NCBI GenBank assembly: GCA_003142255.1
Contig: PLLO01000011.1
Coordinates: forward strand, 612,134-676,133
Direction: 5' to 3'
Length of the DNA stretch: 64,000 nucleotides
Source: Bacteroidales bacterium
Lineage (GTDB): Bacteria > Bacteroidota > Bacteroidia > Bacteroidales > VadinHA17
Part shown: one piece after another, positions 9,049 through 19,011 of the stretch
Layout: every line of letters begins with the position of its first letter
How positions within the stretch are numbered: position 1 is the first letter of the stretch
The notes under the pieces: model-generated
Databases searched by the model: none
Told to the model about the DNA's origin: nothing
Seen by the model: only the letters and a program-made list of their open reading frames with translations
Program-made: the position numbers and the translations under genes

Positions 9049-9804
9049 ATGAATGATATCTCAAGTATCCTTCTTGACAGGAGGAGCATTCGCAAATACA
9101 CTCAAAAGAAGGTTGACAGTGAGCTTTTTAATGATATTCTCACTAAAGGCTGCCGTGCATCCACTACCGGGAACATGCAGGTATACAGTATCATTGTTAC
9201 CAGCGATATTGAAAAAAAATCAGAACTTGCACCATGCCATTTCAATCAAAAAATGATCACAGAAGCACCTGTTGTACTGACGTTCTGTGCTGACTTCAAC
9301 AGGTTCTCGAAATGGTGCAGGCTGAGAAATGCTGAACCCGGATATGACAATTTTCTATCCTTCTTTACGGCAGCAATCGATGCACTTCTGGTAGCCCAGA
9401 CTATCTGCATTGCAGCTGAAGCTGAAGGACTCGGGATCTGCTACCTTGGCACAACCACCTATATGGCACACAAAATAATTGAAGTACTTAAACTTCCTTC
9501 AGGAGTTGTTCCGGTAACAACTGTAACTCTCGGCTGGCCGGCAGAGAAGCCTGATCAGGTCGACCGGCTGCCTCTTGAGGCCGTGGTTCACAATGAGGTG
9601 TACTCTGATTATTCCGATAAGGATATAGAAGCCTTTTATAAATCGAGGGAGATGCGGAGCGATAATAAACAGTTCGTTAAAGAAAATTCAAAAGAGACCC
9701 TGGCACAGGTTTTTACTGATGTGAGATATAAGAAAAGCGATAATGTCCAGTTCTCTGAAATGCTACTGCAGGTTCTTAAAGATCAGGGCTTTATGAATCA
9801 GTGA
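9049..9804 (+). CDS. Nitroreductase-family NAD(P)H-flavin oxidoreductase (NfsA-like)
   Basis: 251-aa ORF. LLDRRSIRKYT near the N-terminus and overall NfsA/Frp-like length and pattern. Confidence 0.85.
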   Translation: MNDISSILLDRRSIRKYTQKKVDSELFNDILTKGCRASTTGNMQVYSIIVTSDIEKKSELAPCHFNQKMITEAPVVLTFCADFNRFSKWCRLRNAEPGYDNFLSFFTAAIDALLVAQTICIAAEAEGLGICYLGTTTYMAHKIIEVLKLPSGVVPVTTVTLGWPAEKPDQVDRLPLEAVVHNEVYSDYSDKDIEAFYKSREMRSDNKQFVKENSKETLAQVFTDVRYKKSDNVQFSEMLLQVLKDQGFMNQ

Positions 9805-9839
9805 TCAAGAAGTGAGAGGTATATTTAAAATTGTCTTAT

Positions 9840-9940
9840 CCCTTTGTGCGCCTTTGTTATATCCTTAGTGTCCCTTTGTGGTTAAATTTTTCTCTTTCTA
9901 ACCACAAAGAACACAAAGTGCACACGAAGGAACACAAAGG
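9840..9940. repeat. Composite inverted array of CCTTTGTG-type units (left arm) and CACAAAG-type units (right arm)
   Basis: Left arm: ccctttgtg cgcctttgt ... tccctttgtggtt. Right arm: aaccacaaag aacacaaag tgcacacgaag gaacacaaagg. It lies between convergent genes. Confidence 0.8.
9875..9909. terminator. Putative bidirectional terminator hairpin (11-bp perfect stem ctttgtggtta / taaccacaaag)
   Basis: Perfect 11-bp inverted repeat with a 13-nt T-rich loop, centred between the convergent stops at 9804 (+) and 9958 (-). No canonical U-tract, so function is inferred from position. Confidence 0.5.
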
Positions 9941-9957
9941 TCTAATTAAAATAAGTT

Positions 9958-11034
9958 TCAGGCTTCTTTGAAATCTATATTAAGCACTTTTGCAATTGAA
10001 ATCAGATCGTCTTTTATAGCCGGAAGGAGTTTTATTCCTTCTTTCCTGTTTCTTTTTTCAGCTTCTCTTTCAGGATCTCCTGGTATCAATACCCTTTCCT
10101 GACCCTCTCCGGGTTTGGCAGTGCGGAATGTACTGATCCATTCATCCATTTTAGCTTTGAAATGGTCTGCCGGCTGAAAGGCATCAATCCTCATTGCTCC
10201 GAAAAAATGTCCTGTGCCTTCACCGACTTTTTTCTCAAGCAAAGGCAGATAAGCCACGCTTGGAGGAACGAACGGTCCGAAATTGGCGCCGCTGAATACC
10301 GCTGAAAAAATGTCGACAACAGCTGAGAGACAATAACCCTTGTGACTTCCATGCAACCTGTCGCCTCCGAGCGTGAGCATTGAACCACCTCTTTTCAGTA
10401 TCGTCGGGTCATCGGTTGGGTTGCCTTCCTTATCCTGGACAAATCCCAGAGCTACTTTTTCACCTTTCTTTTCAGCCACAGCCAGTTTTCCCCTGGCTAT
10501 CGGAGTGGTTGCAAAGTCAGCAACGAAAGGTGGTTGCTTATCAGCTGGAATTGCCACAGCTATAGGATTTGTTCCCATCATCCTGCTGATCGAGAAAGTG
10601 GGAGCTACAAGCGGATTGGCATTGGTGAGGCAAATACCTATCATGTCATGGTCAAGAGCCATCATTGCATAATATCCGGCTATTCCGAAATGATTTGAGT
10701 TGCGTGCTGCCACCCATCCCGTACCTGCTTTTTCTGCTTTCCCGATGGCAATTTCCATTGATTTCCTTGCTGCTAACATACCTACAGCATTATCGCCGTC
10801 AACTACTGCAGTACTCGGTGATTCATGAACAATCCTGATATCTGGATTTACATTTATTCTTCCGGCTTTCCAAAGCTCATAATAGTCTTTTATCCTGATC
10901 ATACCGTGAGAAGGCTGGTTTCTCATTTCAGCAGCCATGAATACTTCAGCAATAACCTCCGAATCATGCTTGCTGCAACCCATTTTCAGGAAGACATTCT
11001 TTGTAAAGTTGAACAGGTAATCGTATGTATACAT
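9958..11034 (-). CDS. Ldh_2-family (malate/L-lactate/ureidoglycolate dehydrogenase type 2) oxidoreductase
   Basis: 358-aa ORF. SHGMIR, NHFGIAGYY and MGTNPIA match the Ldh_2 family. Confidence 0.85.
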   Translation of the reverse strand: MYTYDYLFNFTKNVFLKMGCSKHDSEVIAEVFMAAEMRNQPSHGMIRIKDYYELWKAGRINVNPDIRIVHESPSTAVVDGDNAVGMLAARKSMEIAIGKAEKAGTGWVAARNSNHFGIAGYYAMMALDHDMIGICLTNANPLVAPTFSISRMMGTNPIAVAIPADKQPPFVADFATTPIARGKLAVAEKKGEKVALGFVQDKEGNPTDDPTILKRGGSMLTLGGDRLHGSHKGYCLSAVVDIFSAVFSGANFGPFVPPSVAYLPLLEKKVGEGTGHFFGAMRIDAFQPADHFKAKMDEWISTFRTAKPGEGQERVLIPGDPEREAEKRNRKEGIKLLPAIKDDLISIAKVLNIDFKEA

Positions 11035-11088
11035 TATTCTTGTTTTAGATTATAATCTGAGAGGCATCAGGCGACAGGCTTCAGGCAT

Positions 11089-11847
11089 TTAAGATTTCTT
11101 TACGTTATAAAATACATCGGCCTGCTGTGTCGGCGTAATTACCAGGTCGTTAATGCAGACATGGGCAGGAAGCGTCGCGCAATAATAAATTGCGTCAGCG
11201 ATATCACCTGCAGTTAATGCATCGATTCCCTTGTATACTGCACTGGCCCTCGCTTCATCGCCATGAAACCTGACAAGAGAGAACTCCGTTTCAGCCATTC
11301 CCGGGGCAATCTGTGTGACCTTTATATTATGTTTCAGCAGATCTATTCTCATAGACCTTGTGAGTGAATCGACAGCGGATTTTGTAGCGCAATACACATT
11401 TCCGTTTTCGTAAGCAAACTTGCCAGCTATGGAACCTATATTGAAGATATGACCTTTGTTCCTTGCCACCATCAGCGGCGATACAGCCCTTGTTACATAC
11501 AATAGCCCTTTTACGTTGGTGTCTATCATCCTGTCCCAGTCATCTGTATTTCCATCATTGACATGTTCCATCCCTGCTGCCAGCCCTGCATTATTGACCA
11601 GGATGTCTAAATTTTTCCACTCATCGGGGAGAGTATTGATCACTTTAGTAACGTCACTGTTTTTCCTGACATCAAAATTGAGCGGTAATATTTTTACCTT
11701 AAATTTTGAAAGCTCTTTTACGAGCTCATCCAGCCTCTCTTTCCTTCGTCCGGTTATTATAACATCATAACCATTCTGAGCGAATTTGATTGCTGTTGCC
11801 CGGCCAAAACCTGCCGTGGCGCCCGTGATTATAATAATTTTTCCCAT
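11089..11847 (-). CDS. Short-chain dehydrogenase/reductase (YdfG-like, NADP-dependent)
   Basis: 252-aa ORF with TGATAGFG (TGxxxGxG), NNAG, and the S...YCATK catalytic tetrad pattern. Confidence 0.9.
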   Translation of the reverse strand: MGKIIIITGATAGFGRATAIKFAQNGYDVIITGRRKERLDELVKELSKFKVKILPLNFDVRKNSDVTKVINTLPDEWKNLDILVNNAGLAAGMEHVNDGNTDDWDRMIDTNVKGLLYVTRAVSPLMVARNKGHIFNIGSIAGKFAYENGNVYCATKSAVDSLTRSMRIDLLKHNIKVTQIAPGMAETEFSLVRFHGDEARASAVYKGIDALTAGDIADAIYYCATLPAHVCINDLVITPTQQADVFYNVKKS

Positions 11848-11906
11848 ATTGTTTTTCAGATTAGAATGGCGTAAAAATAAGAATTAATTTTTAGTGGTAT
11901 TGTTAA

Positions 11907-11932
11907 CCTTCCCCTTATCAAGGGGGATAAGG
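11907..11932. repeat. Short C4/G5 palindromic element (ccttcccctt atc aagggggataagg)
   Basis: Read directly in a divergent intergenic region. It resembles the other C-run/G-run hairpins in this window. Confidence 0.5.
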
Positions 11933-11964
11933 CCTGTATTAATTTTATTATCTTTGTAATTCCA

Positions 11965-12699
11965 ATGAAAAATCAGCAAACCACACCTTTAAGCTATAAG
12001 AAAGTTGCTGTCGGCTCAATGTTCGACGACATTGCTCCCAGGTACGATTTTTTGAATCATTTCCTTTCATTCGGAATTGACAGGATTTGGAGAAGAAAAG
12101 CAGTTAGATTAATATCCGAAACTCACAGTCATGCTGATATACTTGATGTTGCGACGGGTACCGGAGATCTTGCAATCGCTGCAGTCAAGCTTCAGCCTTT
12201 GCATATTACCGGCATCGATATATCCGAAAAAATGCTGGCCGCCGGCTGGGAAAAAATTAAGAGGAAAGGGCTTTCGGAAAAGATAACCCTCATTCCCGGT
12301 GAATCTGAAAAAATATTATTCCCCGATAATAGATTTGACGTTGCCATGTCTTCCTTCGGTGTCAGGAATTTTGCCGATCCCCTTGCCGGGTTGACCGAAA
12401 TGGGGAGAGTCCTCCGGAGCGGCGGTCTTATCATGGTACTCGAATTCTCAAGACCTTCAGCATTCCCTTTCAGGCAAATTTATAAATTCTATTTCCTTAA
12501 TATATTGCCATTCATCGGAAGAATTTTTTCGAAAAACAAGGTTGCTTACAGGTATCTTCCTGAAACAGTCATGAAATTTCCTGAGAATGAGGAATTTCTT
12601 GAGCTTCTTAAAAATGCGGGATTCACTGAAGTGAAGCAGGAAAGGCTTACTCTTGGTATTGCAAGTATCTATACAGGCATAATTTATAAAACGCAATAA
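11965..12699 (+). CDS. ubiE: Demethylmenaquinone/ubiquinone C-methyltransferase
   Basis: 244-aa ORF. MFDDIAPRYDFLNHFLSFGIDRIWRR and VLDVATGTGD (SAM motif I) are diagnostic of UbiE/MenG. A TAtcTTTG -7-like box sits at 11949-11956. Confidence 0.9.
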   Translation: MKNQQTTPLSYKKVAVGSMFDDIAPRYDFLNHFLSFGIDRIWRRKAVRLISETHSHADILDVATGTGDLAIAAVKLQPLHITGIDISEKMLAAGWEKIKRKGLSEKITLIPGESEKILFPDNRFDVAMSSFGVRNFADPLAGLTEMGRVLRSGGLIMVLEFSRPSAFPFRQIYKFYFLNILPFIGRIFSKNKVAYRYLPETVMKFPENEEFLELLKNAGFTEVKQERLTLGIASIYTGIIYKTQ

Positions 12700-12752
12700 T
12701 TATAATTTATAGCAGTTTATTAACTTGTAACCGGAAAACCATCTAAAAAGCA

Positions 12753-13472
12753 TTGAGGTACAGACTCTCATTTATATTATCTATCCTGATTTTGATCCTG
12801 TTCCAGGGTAATCTGCTGGGACAAAAGCAGAAGCCAAAGAATGAATCGTGGTATGATGATAAGCTTCTTCATTTTGGTTTCAGCCTGGGATTCAATGCGA
12901 TGGATTTTGATATTACACCCTCCGAGGAGTATTATAAGGTCGATTCGCTTTATCCGGAAGTTGCGAGGCTTAATCCCGGTATTAATATTCAGATTGTTAC
13001 CGACCTGCGTCCTGCAAATCACCTCGATATAAGATTTTTGCCCGGAGTTTCTTTTGGTCAGAGAAATATAAGGTACTATAAGAACCAGGTGCTGTACAAT
13101 GTACAGCAGCGGCTTGAATCATCTTTCCTTGAATTTCCTCTGCTCCTCAAATATAAGGGTAATAGGCTTAATAATGTCAGACCATATGTGGTAGCCGGAT
13201 TGAATTACCGTTACGACCTTGCAGCTAAAAAGGAGATTATTCCTGCTGACAGACCAGTTTATATCAGGATCAAGAGACCTGATCTTTATTATGAAATGGG
13301 AGCGGGGCTCGATTTTTACCTGACATATTTCAAATTATCGGTTGAGTTGAAAATGTCGAATGGGCTCCGTAATGTTATTGTCAACGATGTACCGGCAGGC
13401 TTCGAGGAGTATCGGCATGCCATCGAGAAGATGAAATCGCAGATATGGGTTCTTTCTTTTCATTTTGAATAG
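12753..13472 (+). CDS. porT: PorT/SprT-family outer-membrane beta-barrel protein (type IX secretion associated)
   Basis: 239-aa ORF with a TTG start. Signal peptide, LHFGFSLGFN, alternating beta-strand pattern and an aromatic C-terminus. The ubiE-porT adjacency is as I recall it from Bacteroidota. Confidence 0.65.
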   Translation: MRYRLSFILSILILILFQGNLLGQKQKPKNESWYDDKLLHFGFSLGFNAMDFDITPSEEYYKVDSLYPEVARLNPGINIQIVTDLRPANHLDIRFLPGVSFGQRNIRYYKNQVLYNVQQRLESSFLEFPLLLKYKGNRLNNVRPYVVAGLNYRYDLAAKKEIIPADRPVYIRIKRPDLYYEMGAGLDFYLTYFKLSVELKMSNGLRNVIVNDVPAGFEEYRHAIEKMKSQIWVLSFHFE

Positions 13473-13474
13473 AA

Positions 13475-15034
13475 ATGCCAAAACAAGTTCAGCTGAATCT
13501 TAGTCCCACGGCAGCAGCCGACGAAAAGGCCGTACTTAAAATCTCAGGTACTCTTACAATGCTGGCTCCCTCAGATATTTCTTCAATCCGGGTAATAAAA
13601 CGTTCGGTTGATGCCCGGAAAAAGAATATCAGGATAAATCTTACTGTCGATGTTTTTTCAGGCAATGAAACCCCTCCATTATTAAATCCTTATGTTCCGA
13701 CAGATGTTTCGCGACAGAAAGAGGTCATTATTGTTGGAGCAGGACCGGCTGGATTATTTGCTGCATTGAGGCTGATTGAGCTTGGAATCCGGCCAGTGAT
13801 TATTGAAAGAGGCCGTGATGTTTCATCGCGTAAAAAAGACATAGCTAAAATAAGCCGGGAACAGGTTGTCGATCCTGATAGTAATTATTGTTTTGGAGAA
13901 GGTGGTGCAGGGACATACTCTGATGGGAAACTTTATACAAGATCAAAGAAAAAGGGAGACAATTCGCGGGTTCTGGAGCTGCTTTGTCTTCATGGTGCAA
14001 ATGAGAATATATTATATGAAGCTCACCCTCATCTGGGTACAGATAAACTTCCAGGAATAATTTCGGGAATAAGAAAAACCATCCTTGATGCCGGAGGCAT
14101 ATTCCTTCTGGAGAAAAAAGTATCTGATCTTATAATTGAAGGCGATAAGGTAAAAGGAGTTGTAACAATAGGCAATGAGATATTTACATCACCTTATGTC
14201 ATACTTGCAACAGGTCATTCTGCAAGGGATATTTATGAAATCTGCACCAGGCATAATGTGACCCTTGAAATGAAGTCATTTGCAGTTGGTGTCAGGGTGG
14301 AACATCCCCAGGATCTGATAGACCAGATCCAGTATCATGGAAATCCCCGGGGCGAATACCTTCCTGCTGCATCTTATAATCTTGTCAGACAGATAGAAGG
14401 GAGAGGGGTTTATTCATTCTGCATGTGTCCTGGTGGTTTTATTGTTCCATCTGCAACTTCTCAGGAGGAGATTGTGGTGAACGGCATGTCTCCTTCGGGA
14501 AGGAATTCCCCGTACGCCAATTCAGGTATTGTGGTGGAGATCAGACCTGAAGACCTTCAGAAATACTCAGGATACAAGGAACTCGCAGGCATTGAATTTC
14601 AGAAATATCTCGAAAGGGAGGCATGGAAGAACGGCGGACATTCGCAGAGAGCTCCTGCTCAGAGACTTGCAGATTTTGTGGCTGGAACTGCATCAGGTTC
14701 ATTGCCGGAAGTATCATATTTTCCCGGAGTAACCTCTTCGCCCCTTCACAGCTGGCTGCCGGGAACAATTGGAAGAAAACTCAGGGGCGGATTCCGGTTA
14801 TTCGGATCATTAATGAAAGGATACCTTACAAATGAAGCTGTTGTTGTGGCAGTGGAATCCCGCACCTCCTCTCCGGTCAGGATCCCAAGAGATCCGATAA
14901 CTCTCGAGCACGTTAAAATCACAGGATTATATCCCTGCGGTGAAGGTTCAGGATATGCAGGCGGAATTGTATCCTCAGCCGTTGATGGGATGAGAGCCGC
15001 AGAGGCAATAGCTGCTAAAATCAAATCAGCATAA
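13475..15034 (+). CDS. FAD-dependent oxidoreductase (COG2509-type)
   Basis: 519-aa ORF with a dinucleotide-binding motif VIIVGAGPAGLFAAL. GEGGAGTYSDGKL is typical of this family. Confidence 0.85.
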   Translation: MPKQVQLNLSPTAAADEKAVLKISGTLTMLAPSDISSIRVIKRSVDARKKNIRINLTVDVFSGNETPPLLNPYVPTDVSRQKEVIIVGAGPAGLFAALRLIELGIRPVIIERGRDVSSRKKDIAKISREQVVDPDSNYCFGEGGAGTYSDGKLYTRSKKKGDNSRVLELLCLHGANENILYEAHPHLGTDKLPGIISGIRKTILDAGGIFLLEKKVSDLIIEGDKVKGVVTIGNEIFTSPYVILATGHSARDIYEICTRHNVTLEMKSFAVGVRVEHPQDLIDQIQYHGNPRGEYLPAASYNLVRQIEGRGVYSFCMCPGGFIVPSATSQEEIVVNGMSPSGRNSPYANSGIVVEIRPEDLQKYSGYKELAGIEFQKYLEREAWKNGGHSQRAPAQRLADFVAGTASGSLPEVSYFPGVTSSPLHSWLPGTIGRKLRGGFRLFGSLMKGYLTNEAVVVAVESRTSSPVRIPRDPITLEHVKITGLYPCGEGSGYAGGIVSSAVDGMRAAEAIAAKIKSA

Positions 15035-15156
15035 AATCTGTGTTGCATAAATTACCTGGAAGTTTAATGTTTCAGTTACCTGAATTATTAAATAATGAAT
15101 AGTGGAGATTAATTTTATAAGCCCGGGGAAATTAATAAACTTAAAAATTTGCTGAA

Positions 15157-15726
15157 ATGCCTTTCATGATAAAAATTTCGATCTTTTTCTCACTTCTGTT
15201 TTTGATTTCTGAGATAGTCCTTATGCTGACTAAACACTCCGAAAGGAAGTCAGCTGCAAGACAAAAGGACAGGGGTTCCCTTATTTTTATGTGGACGGCA
15301 ATTTGTGCCGGACTTACCTTTGGATTCAGTAATGCCAGGTATACCAGCTGGAATATAGCGGATTATTTTGTTGCATCAGCTGGCATAATTCTGATAATTG
15401 CAGGATTTGCAATTCGGTGGACGGCAATAATTCAGTTAAAGAAAGCATTTACCGTGGATGTGGCTATAAACAGTGCTCATAAACTGAAAACAAACGGCTT
15501 GTACAAAATAATAAGGCATCCGAGCTACCTGGGACTGCTTTTGATAATGACCGGCGAAGCCATTTCAATGGCGAGCCTGATATCTTTTGCAGTTGTCTTT
15601 TTGCCTGTTTGCATTGCAGTCATTTACCGGATTCATGTCGAAGAACAGCTGCTGGCAGAGGCATTTGGCGAGATGTATGGTATTTATAAGCTGAATACAA
15701 AAATGATCATCCCGTTTATTTATTAA
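15157..15726 (+). CDS. Isoprenylcysteine carboxyl methyltransferase (ICMT/PEMT) family membrane protein
   Basis: 189-aa ORF with 4-5 TM helices. GLYKIIRHPSYLG matches the ICMT family motif. Confidence 0.75.
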   Translation: MPFMIKISIFFSLLFLISEIVLMLTKHSERKSAARQKDRGSLIFMWTAICAGLTFGFSNARYTSWNIADYFVASAGIILIIAGFAIRWTAIIQLKKAFTVDVAINSAHKLKTNGLYKIIRHPSYLGLLLIMTGEAISMASLISFAVVFLPVCIAVIYRIHVEEQLLAEAFGEMYGIYKLNTKMIIPFIY

Positions 15727-15747
15727 AAGCCGCCATTCTCAGAATTA

Positions 15748-16527
15748 TCAGAAAGCACGACCCTTTCCTCTAGTGAATTCTGAAAGGATTACGGAAGCGG
15801 CCATGCTTACATTCAGAGAATCAATTCCATGCTGCTCATCAGTCAGCTTCGGGATCATTATTCTGTCTGTTATAAAAGGCAACAACTCCCCGGAAATACC
15901 TTTTGATTCGTTTCCAAGCAATATTATTCCGTATGATCCGAGCTTATATGAATAAATAGATTCCCCCTCAATCAGCGCGCCGTAGATTTTTATACTCATT
16001 TTCCTGGCACTCTCCAGTAATTCAGGTAAAGATGTATAAGTTACATTTACATGAAGAATAGCTCCCATGCTGGCCTGAATAACCTTTGGATTATAAACGT
16101 CGGCACAATCTCCGGAGCAGTAGATATTCTTTATTCCGAACCATGCAGCGGACCTGATAATTGTCCCAAGGTTTCCGGGATCCTGGACGCAATCGAGGAT
16201 AATGGTGAGTTCCTTTTTCAGGTCATCCGGATCTCTTATGGGTTCAATCATACTGATGACTGCCAGTGCATTATGGGGAGTTTTCAGCGAGCTGATCTTC
16301 TTAAGGTCATTTTCTGTTACCGGTATAATCTCACCTATTCCCTGCTTGTGGAACAATGTCAGAGAATTCAGAAATTCCGGCAGGGCGACAAGTGTTTTAA
16401 CCATGACTTTGGCCTCAAGGAATTCCCTCACTATCTTGTCACCTTCAATAACGAACAACTTCTCCTCGTCCCTGACCTTCTTTTTCTGAAGGGAAATTAT
16501 AAGGGCTGCTTTATTCCTGCTTATCAT
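15748..16527 (-). CDS. TrmH/SpoU-family RNA 2'-O-methyltransferase
   Basis: 259-aa ORF. VQDPGNLGTIIRSA, LLGNESKGIS and SLNVSMAASVIL are the three SpoU motifs. Confidence 0.85.
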   Translation of the reverse strand: MISRNKAALIISLQKKKVRDEEKLFVIEGDKIVREFLEAKVMVKTLVALPEFLNSLTLFHKQGIGEIIPVTENDLKKISSLKTPHNALAVISMIEPIRDPDDLKKELTIILDCVQDPGNLGTIIRSAAWFGIKNIYCSGDCADVYNPKVIQASMGAILHVNVTYTSLPELLESARKMSIKIYGALIEGESIYSYKLGSYGIILLGNESKGISGELLPFITDRIMIPKLTDEQHGIDSLNVSMAASVILSEFTRGKGRAF

Positions 16528-16589
16528 TTCGCCGGTCGTTTATTCAATATTTTTATTAATATATTTGCGTAACGCTTTTCATACAAAAT

Positions 16590-18929
16590 TTGGAAAAAAA
16601 TATCTCAAATAAAAATACTTCTTTTCCGGAGACAATCTTCTTCTTCATTCTTGCGATTCTATTATTATCGTCCTGCAACCCGACTAAATATGTTCCAAAA
16701 GATGAGACATTGCTGGATGAAACCCATATCATAATAAATAAGTCAGGGATTAAAAAAGAGGCTCTCCTTCCTTATATAAAACAGAAACCTAACAAAAAGA
16801 TCTTTGGAACAAAGTTTTACCTCGGCCTCTATAACCTGTCGAATATAAATAAGGATAAATGGTTTCACAAATGGCTGAGGGAAATAGGCGAAGAGCCTGT
16901 AATCTTTGACCCGTATTCGACAGATAAATCAAAAGCACAGATTCAATCGTACATTGCTTCCAAAGGATACTTCGACAGTCATGTAATGGAGACTATCGAG
17001 ACTGAAAACCAAAAGACAAAAGTATTCTACAACGTCGATTTGAAGGAGCCATACACTATCAGGAATTTATATTATGAAATAGCAGACACAAATATCAGGA
17101 AGTGCTTTTATTTTGATTCGGTCGACTGCATGATTGAAAGAGGAAGACCTTATGATATGGATGTACTGACGGCTGAAAGATCAAGGTTTGTGCATTATAT
17201 CAAGGATATGGGATTCTATTTCTTCTCGGGTGATCATATCACATTCGGCGTCGACAGTACAATTGGAAAAAGGCAGGTGGACATTTACTATAATATAAAG
17301 GAGTTTACAATAACAGACGCAAATAATATTATCCGTAAAGTACCCCATTCTATTTACAAAGTAAGGAATATCTATATCTACCCTGATTTTATTCCCAAGG
17401 ATGCCCTCTCAGGAGGAGAAAATTACCTGAATAGCCTGGATACCGTATATTATAAGGGTTATTATTTTATTTCAACCAAAAAGAGACCTGAGATCAAGTA
17501 TGACCTGATTATTCAATCGCTCTACCTTAAGCCGGAAGCCAACTATAATATCACCAATACGGAACAAACTCAATCTCACCTGCTCGCATTAAAGACGTAC
17601 CGGCTGGTAAATATTTTCTATACTGATGTTTCTGAACCGGATGCTGAAGCAGGATCGGTCCATACTCTTGATTGCACAATTCAGCTTACACTTCTTAGCA
17701 AGCAATCTTTCAAGATTGAACTTGAAGGAACCAATACTGCCGGCAGCCTTGGCGGAGCCGTTAACCTTATTTACCTGAACAAAAACCTGCTTCATGGAGC
17801 CGAGCTCTTCAATCTTAAGCTCAAGGGTGCCTATGAAGCCCTTTCTCAGAAAGACACGCTTAGTGGATCGCAGGAATATGGGATTGAGACCAGCCTGAGA
17901 TTCCCGAAATTTATTGTACCATTCCTTCAGACCGAAGGCTTTATAAAGAAATACAATCCCTCAACGACTATCCTGGCAGCATATGATTATCAGAACATGC
18001 CATTCTATAACAGGACAATAGCCAACGCAACTTTTGGTTATATCTGGAACGGGACTACTTACAATACCCATATTGTTAATCCTATCCAGCTTAATTTTGT
18101 CAGATTACTCCGGATCGATCCTGCTTTCAAGGCAAGAATCGATTCATCGTCTTACCTTGCATATAGTTACAGGGATATTTTGATCCTTGGCGGAACTTAT
18201 TCATTCATCTTCAACAATCAGAAGATAAAAAGCAAAAGGGATTACTGGTTTATCAGGGTCAATGCAGAGGCGGCAGGAAATCTGCCTTTCCTGGTCAGCA
18301 AGCTGGCCGGAGCTACGAAAACCGACAACAGTTACCATATACTTGGTCAGCCGTTTGCTCAATATTTCAAGGCCGATATTGATATGAGGTACACTATAAA
18401 GATCAATGATATGAGCTCGATTGTGTACAGGGGCTTTGCAGGGGCGGGGATACCATACGGCAATTCAAAGGCCATGCCATTTGAAAAGCAATACTTCGGC
18501 GGAGGGGCAAATGGTTTAAGGGCATGGCAGGTAAGAACTCTCGGACCAGGTTCCTATGTCCCTTCCTATAAGAGATTCCTGAACCAGACAGCCGATATTA
18601 AAATAGAGGCAAATACCGAATACAGGTTTAAATTGTTCTGGCTGCTTGAAGGTGCGTTATTTCTAGATGCAGGTAACATCTGGTCGTATAATTATGACGA
18701 GGCTCAGCCTGGTTCACAGTTTAAAATAAATTCTTTCTATAAAGACATAGCAGTAGGTACAGGTATGGGATTCAGGTTTGATTTCAGTTTTGTGCTAATG
18801 AGGGCCGATCTGGGGATGAAGCTTCGTGATCCATGGATTACTTCAGGCTCAAAGTGGATAATAATGAGCCGACCCTATAATTTCAAAAATGATTTTGCGA
18901 TTGTCATAGCCATAGGTTACCCATTCTGA
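16590..18929 (+). CDS. Omp85 (BamA/TamA) family outer-membrane protein with lipoprotein signal (TamL-like)
   Basis: 779-aa ORF with a TTG start and no nearby in-frame ATG. It has a lipobox LLLSSC, POTRA-like repeats and a C-terminal surface-antigen barrel ending GYPF. A TAtaTTTG box sits at 16560-16567. Confidence 0.8.
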   Translation: MEKNISNKNTSFPETIFFFILAILLLSSCNPTKYVPKDETLLDETHIIINKSGIKKEALLPYIKQKPNKKIFGTKFYLGLYNLSNINKDKWFHKWLREIGEEPVIFDPYSTDKSKAQIQSYIASKGYFDSHVMETIETENQKTKVFYNVDLKEPYTIRNLYYEIADTNIRKCFYFDSVDCMIERGRPYDMDVLTAERSRFVHYIKDMGFYFFSGDHITFGVDSTIGKRQVDIYYNIKEFTITDANNIIRKVPHSIYKVRNIYIYPDFIPKDALSGGENYLNSLDTVYYKGYYFISTKKRPEIKYDLIIQSLYLKPEANYNITNTEQTQSHLLALKTYRLVNIFYTDVSEPDAEAGSVHTLDCTIQLTLLSKQSFKIELEGTNTAGSLGGAVNLIYLNKNLLHGAELFNLKLKGAYEALSQKDTLSGSQEYGIETSLRFPKFIVPFLQTEGFIKKYNPSTTILAAYDYQNMPFYNRTIANATFGYIWNGTTYNTHIVNPIQLNFVRLLRIDPAFKARIDSSSYLAYSYRDILILGGTYSFIFNNQKIKSKRDYWFIRVNAEAAGNLPFLVSKLAGATKTDNSYHILGQPFAQYFKADIDMRYTIKINDMSSIVYRGFAGAGIPYGNSKAMPFEKQYFGGGANGLRAWQVRTLGPGSYVPSYKRFLNQTADIKIEANTEYRFKLFWLLEGALFLDAGNIWSYNYDEAQPGSQFKINSFYKDIAVGTGMGFRFDFSFVLMRADLGMKLRDPWITSGSKWIIMSRPYNFKNDFAIVIAIGYPF

Positions 18930-19011
18930 CCTGGCAGGCGAAAAAACACTCCTCATTTTCCTTATAAATTCAGGGTAATTCGTAAATTGCAGTCGTCTCG
19001 TTGCTATTTTT

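Noticed and set aside
16051-16572. 173-aa plus-strand ORF
   Set aside because: Antisense to the TrmH/SpoU methyltransferase, which carries all three SpoU motifs. No independent support.
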